Of a DNA stretch of 64,000 bases, positions 54,110 through 64,000 are shown in pieces. The DNA comes from Eledone cirrhosa (Eukaryota). Position 1 is the stretch's first letter; each line of letters begins with the position of its first letter. Location: contig OZ024740.1 in NCBI GenBank assembly GCA_964016885.1, forward strand, positions 122,760,001 to 122,824,000, written 5' to 3'. A program made the position numbers and the translations under genes. The notes beneath the pieces were generated by a model, which did no database searches, was not told the origin of the DNA, and worked only from the letters and a program-made list of their open reading frames with translations.

Positions 54110-54400
54110 TTTTAATGATCATTCCTTTTGGTGTAATTGCTTGGCTTTGAAGTGATTTAGCTCTAGATGTATTTTGTCCCAGTATAGCTTCATTCTGTTC
54201 GTATAGCCAATGGACGGATATTTTTTTACCATTTTGTAACAATTAAATAAATTATTAAGTTCGTAATTCCAAGAGAAATGCGATTTATAATTTTGGTTAC
54301 TTCTGTAGCTACAACTAAAGAAATTTTGTTTACTTTTCTCATTGTTGTTTTTCCTTGGTCCTCCATTAATGTTGTTGATGTTGATATTGTGTTCATCCAT
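54110..54400 (-). pseudogene. Possible N-terminal remnant of an R4/Dong-like ORF
   Basis: SWNYELNNLFNCY...YPSIGYTNRMKLYWDKIH.EL.H...KQL resembles the W..E.N..L..CY..GY..RM...W motif of R4/Dong N-termini; from memory only. Confidence 0.4.
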
Positions 54401-56808
54401 GCTGTTTGTAGTACATCCTTATAAATGAATTTAGTATTTAGTTGGATATCTCTATGAATTTGAATAAAATGTGTCTTCAGTGAGTATAATTAAAAGAATA
54501 TCCAGTTATTCAACATGGCTGGTATTTGTGACATAACTGTTGGAAATAGTATTCATCTTAAATTTTATGAATAGTCCTCTACACCATTATTTGTGACTGG
54601 TCGTATTGATTATGTATGTTTGTATGTAATGATGCATGTATGTATGTATAAATATATGTTTGTATGCATGTATATATAAATGTATGGATGAATGAATGAA
54701 GTTATGCATATTTGATTTCTATTTATATATATATAGTATGTATTATATAAATAAGAACATGTGTGTGTGTGCGTGTATGTATGTGTGTGAAAGTGTGTAA
54801 GTTAGTTAGCATGTGTTTTATTACCGGCCTTACCAAAATAGAACATATCTGAGCAAAACATGCCTTACCACCTCAAAGAAGAGAGTAGTTTGAATTAAAT
54901 GTTGATGTGGTCTGTAATGACATGTGCAACCAATGCCAGCATGGAAGAAAAAAAACATAAAATGAGGATAATGTTGATAATGAAGTATTTTTGTAATGTT
55001 GATTTCTCTCTGTGCCACCATATTTGCTGTTATAAAGTGCAGCTTTTATCTTGTGGTGAGTCAACACTGTATATGTCTTCCATTTCTTTTGGTGTTATCC
55101 CAGCTTTTCCTTTTTTTTCTCTCCGATCATTACGTCTATGGTCAAGATACCTAATTGGTTTATCATTCTGAGCTCTAAAATGTTAATAGTTGTAACTTGG
55201 AGAGAGACTGTTTATTTTTACAAAAGTATGCAATTTTCATTTTCACTTATAATTATTTTATTATTCAGTGTTGTTCTTGTTTATCCCCTGCCAAGCTTGG
55301 TTGAACAGATATATTATCGAATGTGAAGATCAAAGCCTACAGAAACACCTCAATGACCTACATGTTGCCAAACCCTAATTAATGGATTGCAGCTGTGACT
55401 AGCTCATCGGGCCTTTTCAAATGTGGTTTATTTCAGCCTTTATTATCCAGTATATTATTTTTTCTTAAAGGTTAGTAAGGTTTCATTTGAGACATTTGGT
55501 TGTTATTTCTAGCAATTAAAGTGACAATGTAATAGCTACTAAATGTAGTCATTAAATATTTGGTTTAAATGTCTTGCTGTATTAAATTTCATAGTTTTCA
55601 GTTCTTAGTGAAAATTCTGTTGCCATTACTTTAGCTTTTCATTCATCTGGACTTAATAGGATATAAACCTGGAATATTCACAAATATATCTATTTGACTA
55701 TTTTGACTATTTGTATGCACTTTAAGATACACTAGATAATTAGATTGATCTTTGCTTTGATTAGAATATGTGTTGAAGATGTCAGAGGAGATTAGTTGGG
55801 AAGGAATTGCTCACATGGGTACGCAGAGTTTGATTAAATTGTATTTGTCATTTGGAATGCTGTTGTCTAGTATATTGCATCACAGAAATGGAATTCTCTG
55901 GTTAGAAAATAAGAAACATTAAAAAAGAAATTCTGTATTCAGAGAACATTTTTGTAAACTGCTGATTCTTGTATTGGTCAACTTATTAAGTATTGTTGGC
56001 ATCTATTTATGATCACCTTGGTATTATAATATTTTTTTTATTTCCTTTAAAACCAAATCTATTGCTCGTAATTAAGGGTCCTATAAATGAAACTGGTTTG
56101 AAGAATGCAATGACAGCTCTGTTAGGCATCTTTAAACTTATTCTAGTATTCACTTTGTCATAAGGTTTACTTTAATGAAATTGATTCATGCTTGAGTTTA
56201 TGTACGGAAGTAGCCTCCAATGGCTTATTTGGTGTTATTTCATCTGCTTTAAGAAATCCCTATTTATTCTGTAGAAACTGTGTTCCATTTTGATAATAAC
56301 GGAGCAAATGTGGACAAACAAAATCATGCAATAAAGCTTTTCTTTGCTTTCCTTTTGAAAATCAAACCCCATGATACTTAAGACACAGCAACAAGATTAA
56401 ATTTACTACCATTAAGATGAGTTCTTAAAGGTTTGGGATTTCTAAACAATATAAATGTGGTGAATATATATCTTTCAGCAGATGCATGAAAGATAAAGAG
56501 CAATGGATGAGTTGTTAAAGTAATGGAGTATTGAAGCAAAGAATCATGATCACAGCCTCTGCTACTGGCAATTCTTTGCATCTTTATGCCACACAAAATT
56601 GCTTGGCTTGCTTCCATTTACAAAGCTGAAATGCAATTCCATTTCACAGTTATATCAATAGTATCGGAACCTATATTCAACTAATTCAACAGCTTCAACA
56701 ATTTCTAGGGGTATCAGAACAAATCCAAATGTTGAGATCCAAGCTAGCTAATATAGAAAACTGGACATAAAAATATATGAATATTAAATTATATATCATG
56801 CACACAAA

Positions 56809-56858
<50 letters not shown>

Positions 56859-57161
56859 CACAAGCATGCTTGATTATAAAGCAGCATTCCACTGCTAGTA
56901 AGATTATGGTATGGATTCTTTACCTCACGGTTATAAGTTCAAACATCATATCACCCATTATGTTTTGCCCTTTGTATATTACATAATCTTTGCTTGTTCG
57001 AGTTGTCCTGGGTAAGAAACAAATGTTGTTTCAGCATAGTTTACATGTAGAAATTTGCAAGATTCTTTCTACGTTCATACACAAAATGCATTGAAATATT
57101 TGGTTAAATCATTTTAAATTCTGAGTTAAAATGTTGTCCCATTCAAATTTGCTATTTGACA

Positions 57162-58130
57162 CTCATCATCATCAGGTCGAGCTTGCTCGGCTTTCTATGA
57201 CACGCTTCCTCCATCCATCTCTGTCTCTCATAACGTTTGACAGCTCTTCCGCAGTGCATCCAGTATCGTCCTCAAGCTGCTTGATGTATGTCTTCTTGGG
57301 ATTACCAGCGTTTCTTGCTCCATGAGATGGACTCCATAACAACACATCACCTGCTATTTCGTCCTTGCTGCGCCAACAGTGGCCAGCAAATCTGAGTCTT
57401 TGTCTATGTATTGACCTGCTAATAGGTGGTATATTGCCATAGAGATCCTTATTTGTTGGGTGTTCCCTCCAAGACATGTTTAAAGCAGCGCGGAGCATAC
57501 GTGTGTATGCCCCATCTAGCTTTTTCTCCAGTTTTCACTTTAGCGTCCAAGTGATAGAGCCATAAACAAGCACAGACTCCACAGCAGCTCTGAAGAAATT
57601 CCTTTTCAGTTTGGCCGGCAGGTTTGATTTCCATATCTTCTCCATTGCATTCAATGCTCCCCAGGCTTTTCCCAGTCTGATGTTAACATCATGTTCTGTG
57701 GAGGCGATATAGCTACCCAGGTATTTGAAGTCGTCAACTTGTTTGATTGTATCGCCGTTTAGACTTCGCATACCAACTGAGGAGTCTTGGTTCAGGCAAA
57801 TATATTCTGTTTTGCCTGCGTTGACATAGAGTCCGATTTCCTTTGCAACTGATTCGATGCTGTGAAGTAGTGATGTTGCATCGGTGATTTTCTGAGCTGC
57901 ATGGCGTCTACACTTTCGCTTTGTGAGAGTGAAACCAAGCTCTAAGTTTTCGTCCAGGGATTTTCTCAATACAGAGGCAGATGATAAAAATATATGGTGC
58001 AAGAGTATCCCTTTGGAGTACTCCTGCAATGATGTCAAAGAAGTTGGTATCTCCATCAGGTGAGCGCACCAATGCGCGGGTGTTTTTATATAACATCATG
58101 ATGGCATTTACTGTTTCCCTTGGCAAGCTA
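57162..58130 (-). mobile_element. RTE-clade LINE of a different family, 5'-truncated
   Basis: [57 protein letters not shown]; short (GAT)n tail; the YADD segment appears deleted. Confidence 0.85.
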
Positions 58131-58814
58131 TTCAACACTTCACACTCAATAATATAAGTATCAGTGAAATATTATGGTCAATTAAATTGACTATACATCT
58201 TCTTCCAGGTGTGTACCCTATCATTAAGTTAGAAACCATTATCACCACCATTATTTTTATAGTTGGCATCCTCATAATCATCATCATCATCATCATCATA
58301 ATCACCATTATTATTGTTATTATTAATGGTCTCATCATACTCATCTATCCCTACCATCACACAATCACTACTGCCATCACTATCAACACATCCACCGTCA
58401 ACATAAATAATCATCTTTTTCTTCAAGCTTATGTCATTTTTTTCTTTTAACTAGCTGGCTAATTCTATAATTCTAAATTGCTGAAATAATACAACACTTC
58501 CTTCTTGTTTAGAATAACAGAAGCCAAACATACAACACACACATCAGCACAATATTTAACAACAAATAAATGAATGAGTTATATTTAAATGTATTAATGA
58601 TTTGTTATCTTATTCAAAGTATTGGTTAAAAGGAAGCAAAGTAAAAAAAAAGGAATAACAAAATACACATATTATGTATATATTATATATATATGTGTTG
58701 TAGAATCACAGGCAGGCTATGAAAGAATGTAGATTTTATATGAGCAAGAGCTCAAAGGATACTAACTCCTTCAAATGGCCAGTATACTTTGTAGAAATAG
58801 TCAGCAGTTTCTGA

Positions 58815-59400
58815 TAACTGGGTCACCAAATTAGCAGTGAAGGAAGGTATTCCAGAAGTACAGTAGCCAGAGTAAGAATGGGATGGAGAAATTTCAGGGA
58901 GCTACTACCTCTGCTAGCTACAAAAAGGTTTTTCCCTAAAAAAAAAAGCAGATTGTATGTTGCATGTATACTAACAGCAATGTTACATGGTAGTGAGACC
59001 TGGGCACTATGGGCAGAGGACCTGCGCAGATTGAACAGAAATGAAATCTGCATGCTCTGATACATATGTAATAAACGGTGCATGAACGGTACTGTGTAAA
59101 TAAACAGAGAGAGAAACTGGGCTTATGAGGGATCAGATGCAGTGTGTAGGAGAGGACTTTACATGGGTATGACTATGTGATGCATATAAAGGGTGACAGC
59201 TGTATAAAAAGGTGCAGGGCATTCAAAATTGTAGATGTTATGAAGTATGAAGACCTAGGAAGATTTGGGATAAGGTGATTAAAGTGTACATTGCACAGTT
59301 GCACCTCTCAAAAGCAATGACACTGGATCAAGATCTTTGGTGCTTTGCAGTGATACAGAAGACCCGCCTTCTCATGCATACGGGTTGAAGCAGATATCTA
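58815..59400 (+). mobile_element. Decayed RTE 3' fragment
   Basis: GWRNFRELLPLL..RLYVAC..AMLHGSETW. Confidence 0.8.
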
Positions 59401-61461
59401 GTATGCACCATTTTATCTCTTTCTCCCATTCTTATACTGCCCAGGCCCTAACACACCATCCACATCCTAGCACCCACCCTAGAATGAAATGAGACAAGGG
59501 TTGGTGGAGACAGCGCCGAGAGGGCCAAGAAGAAGAAGGTGCTTTATCCTAGGCTATAGCAAGCATTTATATCATTAACCTGAGAGGGATTTGAACTCAG
59601 TTCATAAATGTATTGAACTAATAATATTCTCAAACATTTCTACTACTCTATCTCTTTACTTTAAATAAATGCACCTAGTACATGTTGTAAAGTGTTTTGT
59701 TATTTGAAGGGTGCCCAGCCATATAAACTTGCCATACAAAGTGTTGGTGATCTACACAATAAAAGCACCCAGTACACAATGTAAAGTGGTTGGTGTTAGG
59801 AAGGCTATCCAGCCATAGAATGCTCGTCAAACAAGGGGTTGTGAGGAAATTTCAGTTTGTGTCAAAAGACACTCCTCAGCACTCAATATAGCCATATATA
59901 AGTGGAATACAGACTCCTTGGCCTGTCTGGGAGCTCAATAGGCCTGCTTCAGTACTGACTTTGTAGAAAACCTGTTCAAACCTTGATAGAAGTAAAAGTG
60001 GGCATTACATGATGGTGGTGGTGGTGGTGGTGGGGTGGGGTGATCATGATCATGATGATGGTGATGATGATGATGATGAAACCTCAATTTCTTGATTATG
60101 AAATAGATTACTGAAGATTACATTATGAAATAGTATCGAAATTAATTTTGGTAATCAAATGATTACCCAAATGTATTATTTGTAATATGTTTCTTTTTAT
60201 ATTTGTTTAGTTTGACTTTGAAAACAATTTGCCAGTTTGTTAATGCAACAAATATAAAATATTATCTGTGCTCCCTTGCCTGTTTGAAGAACTACTCCAT
60301 TTAATAGAATAACATTCCTGATGTTCGAGAATTTGGCTTAATTCCATCGTTGGTGTCATTTTAGCACACAGAAAACAGTATTGTCTTCTATTGTAATGGA
60401 TTAATCTGTAAATGAATTCTTGTTTGCATTCTCGTGAAATCAATTTGCAAGTATTTGGGCTAATAAAATGACCTCATACCTAATGGTGAATTACAAAGGC
60501 ACAAGAAATAATGCTGTTGCTGCTGCTAATGATGATAATGTTGGTGATGATGACGATGATGATCATGACAACAACAATCATGATAATGACAATGATGATG
60601 ATGACGTTAATGTTTATAATAATGATGATAATGAAGAAGATAATATTGATGGCAGTTGTAGCACACATGATGATATGATGAATGATGATGATAACAGGCA
60701 TAAAGAAAGAGAAGGGTGGTTGTGATGTAAATTGTTTAGTTAAATATGAAAGTGTGTAAAAGAATGATTAAACATTTTTGCATTTATTTTTATTTGATCT
60801 TTAGTATTATTTGAAATTTGTTTATTATTATTGTTCTGGGCATTTTGTAGAGCTGAGTCAGCTTTGATCAGGGAGGGAGTCACAATTTATAAATTGAATG
60901 ATAACAAGTAGTTAATCTTCCCTGGCATGATGTTAGAATGGTTTGTAAACATAACTGGATTAAATCTTATTAAGACATTAAGCACTTAAAAGATTATGAT
61001 CCCCGAATATATAGAATCTACAAAATCATAATTTTTTGGAATGACAAATACATTAAATGTGAATAAAATGATATCCCTCTTCCTTTGATGCTTAAAGTAT
61101 ATACTTATTTTGATTAAGGGTTAATCTATCCTTGTTTGTAACATTAATTAATGCTTGCTTATTTTTTAGAGGTGAGATCAACTTTAACTTTCTAACATTG
61201 AGGTTGATAAAAAAGTACCAGTCTTGTACCAGGATGATTCTTCTTCTATATCTCATTGACATTCTCTCAATCCTTCTCTGGAAGAAATCTGCTGTATTGA
61301 GACCTGGAGAGGAAATGGGCTCTGCTAGGTTTTAAAACATGCTCTAGATATGCTGTGTGTCAATGCGGTGTGCCTATGTTGCCCTCAAGAGTTTCAAGTC
61401 CATACATACATTCATTTTTAATATCTTCTGAATAGAATTTGATAGTGGAGAAAGTGCAAAA

Positions 61462-61543
<82 letters not shown>

Positions 61544-61575
61544 AGATCAAAAGATGGTTAAAAGAGTTCCATGTA

Positions 61576-61642
61576 TTTTATTATGCGCATTTCAAAAACA
61601 AATATCATCATGCAATAATATTTGTGTTTTCATCAGATAAAA
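61576..61642 (-). ncRNA. Type I hammerhead ribozyme
   Basis: Reverse complement of 61769-61835. Confidence 0.85.
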
Positions 61643-61768
61643 TAGGAAGACATGATATGAAGGTTAAAAAACACTTGTGAATAGTGCAGTTTTGAATCAA
61701 CATATGTATGTTGATTCAAAACTGCACTATTCACAAGTGTTTTTTAACCTTCATATCATGTCTTCCTA

Positions 61769-61835
61769 TTTTATCTGATGAAAACACAAATATTATTGCA
61801 TGATGATATTTGTTTTTGAAATGCGCATAATAAAA
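61769..61835 (+). ncRNA. Type I hammerhead ribozyme
   Basis: Same fold as 29853-29919, with one U-G wobble in stem II replaced by U-A. Confidence 0.85.
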
Positions 61836-62086
61836 TACATGGAACTCTTTTAACCATCTTTTGATCTTATATATTATGTATACTCCAGTCCTACAAACTG
61901 TAGAGTGCTTCTTATCCGATATCTGCATTGCTTTATTGTACTACAATAAAACTCACCTCCTACATATATATATATATATGAGGATGATGATGATATATGT
62001 AATATATGGACCTGTTATTTTTCTCTAAAAACATTTTTTTTAATTCCATCCCACCCGTCTTTTCAATCCATCCAATTTCTCATTCT

Positions 62087-62124
62087 TTCTTCTGATGAAG
62101 GACTAGCGTCTGAAACGTTAAGAA
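62087..62124 (+). ncRNA. Minimal type I hammerhead ribozyme
   Basis: UUCUU-CUGAUGA-A-GGAC UAGC GUCU-GAAA-CG-UU-AAGAA; loopless palindromic stem III (ACGU) typical of PLE minimal hammerheads. Confidence 0.7.
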
Positions 62125-62941
62125 CTTCTTCCTGTTATTTCATTAACCTAATATATTCCCTCCATATAATGTAGCAATTGTGTTGTTATTTCTGTTTACC
62201 TGTTACATACATATATTGTATTAATTAATGTACAAACAAGGAAGGATTAACACTTAAACAAAATAAGCATATAATTTAAGCATCAAAGTAAGAGGAATAT
62301 CATTTTATTCAAATGAAACAATTCTAGTCCTGTAGAAGCCATTTCGACTCCCTCCTTTCTCGCTGTCCACTTGGTTGTTTTGGTAAAACCATTTTGGATT
62401 AACTCCCTTTCCCTTCTCCTCCCTCTCTCTCTGTCCCTCTTGCTCACCCCCTTTCACTTCCGGTTTCTCTGTCTTTCTCTCTCTAGCCTCACTTTACAGA
62501 GATCATCATGGAAAAACCTTACTGTGTAGTTATCGCTGCCAATGGGCTTATACCCCATTGGCTTATTATAACTTATTCCACTTTCTCTTCATTTACTTAT
62601 ATACATGTGCCATTGTGCTGTGTCCCAAATTCTATCGGTACGTATACTTCGTTTTTTTCTCTTTTCATTCTTTTTTTCTTCCTCTTTCTTCACTATCACT
62701 TCTTTCACTCGTGGCCTTTTGATAGGCACGCTACAGATCGATGTTCTGTTTTAAGCAGCGAAACATCTATAATCTGTAGCAAACAGCTGATGAAGAGATA
62801 CTTTTCTTCTCTTGTTTACATCCCATTTACCTTCTAACACTTCATTTTCAGTAACCACACAGCCTGCCTCTTCACCTGTATTTATATATTTATATATATA
62901 TAAAGAATGGACATTAATCGGTGATGATGATATTTATATGT

Positions 62942-64000
62942 ATCATCATCATCATCATCATCATCACCATTTTACGTCCGTTCTTCCACGCTAGCATGGT
63001 TAGACGGGTTGTACTCTTTGTGGGCAGTGTCTGGTCGGCTGACCATGCCTTGCTCATACAGGAACTGATTTGGCTTGATTTCTACAGCTGGATGCCCTTC
63101 CTAACGCCAACCCCATTTACAGTGAGTGCTGGGTGCTTTTTCGTGGCGCCTACACGTCCACTTTACAGTGTGGGCTGGGTGCTTTTTTGCCGTTGCACCT
63201 CCACGACCACCTTGCAGTGGGAGGGTGTGGGGGCATATTGTCTATATGCTTCAGCTTGTACCCATGGGAGGTCGGGTACTCTGTATTACTGCGAGACGCC
63301 AGAGGTCACGGTCGTGTGTCATCGCCTTGGAGAGGTGTAATTGGGTATGGTCGGCTTTTATCAACTCATCCTAGGTCATCTTGGGTCTCCCCACTCTGCA
63401 GTTTCCATCGACTTCTAGTGCTCTGCACCTTTTTATGCAGCTGTCATCCTTCATACGCATCACATGTCCATACCAACGCAACCGCCTCTCCTGCACACAG
63501 CATTTGATTCCTCTTATGCTCAGTCTCGCTCTCAATTCATTTATGCTTTGTCGGTCGCGTGTATTACTGTTACACATCCATCGGAGCATGCAGGCTTCGT
63601 TTCTCTCTAATCTACGTAAGTCTTCCACCTTCAGCGCCCAGGTCTCACTACCATGTAACATTGCTGTTCGGATACACGCATCATACAGTCTGCCTCTCAT
63701 TTTGAGGGGGAAGCCTTTTTTAGCTAGCAGTGGCAGTAGTTCCCTGAACTTCTTCCATCCTGTTCTTACTCTAGTTATTGTACTTTCTGAACACCCACTT
63801 CCGCTGCTAATTCGGTCACCTCGGTAGCAGAATCTGTCTACTGTCTCTACAGAGCCCTCCCAGAGATTGGTGGTACTTGTTTCCTGTGGCTGTTTTCTGC
63901 TTGCTGTCCCAGTACAGCTGCTGCATGTGAAGCCTACATTCTTAATTAAGCTTCCTGAGATCCCGCTACATCTCTTGTGTACCCATTGTTTGCATTTGGG
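62942..64000 (-). mobile_element. RTE LINE 3' portion running off the window, with PHD-like finger, 3' UTR and (GAT)n tail
   Basis: PKCKQWVHKRCSG..FTCSSC, GWKKFRELLPLL, RGRLYDACIRTAMLHGSETW, RLRWYGHVMRM; tail at 62942-62970. Confidence 0.9.

Larger units (their letters stand above)
61534..61963. mobile_element. ORF-less palindromic PLE pLTR insertion (A/B family): 171-bp arms, 2-nt spacer, one-sided tail 61878-61963
   Basis: 61534-61704 and 61707-61877 read as exact reverse complements; sequence matches 26011-26285; (TA)n on both sides. Confidence 0.9.

Noticed and set aside
62781-62820. CTGATGA followed by an AGAGA/TCTCT stem
   Set aside because: No GAAA or stem III after the stem.

Overview
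AT-rich eukaryotic (animal) DNA with no host gene I can support, made almost entirely of transposable elements and (TA)n/(CA)n/(GAT)n/(AAT)n microsatellites. The repeat spectrum resembles a cephalopod (Octopus-like) genome, which is an inference. Contents: (1) at least four families of Penelope-like elements (PLEs) with C-terminal GIY-YIG endonuclease, most likely the Naiad clade. These include a 722-aa uninterrupted RT-EN ORF (26757-28925) nested inside a sister copy, plus several ORF-less inverted pseudo-LTR (pLTR) foldbacks. (2) Ten type I hammerhead ribozyme motifs with intact cores and several decayed ones, read directly from the sequence, mostly in these pLTRs and mostly in opposed pairs. 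One pair lies in an apparently perfect 171-bp-arm palindrome (61534-61877). (3) A near full-length decayed RTE LINE with a PHD-like finger plus many 3' fragments. (4) A same-strand cluster of R4/Dong-like LINEs in (TAA)n. (5) Two tRNA-derived SINE families, one sharing its tail with an RTE in the window. (6) A mariner, a Helitron derivative, a Chapaev3 fragment and a MITE-like foldback. All calls are by eye; no database search or folding program was run, and element boundaries are approximate.
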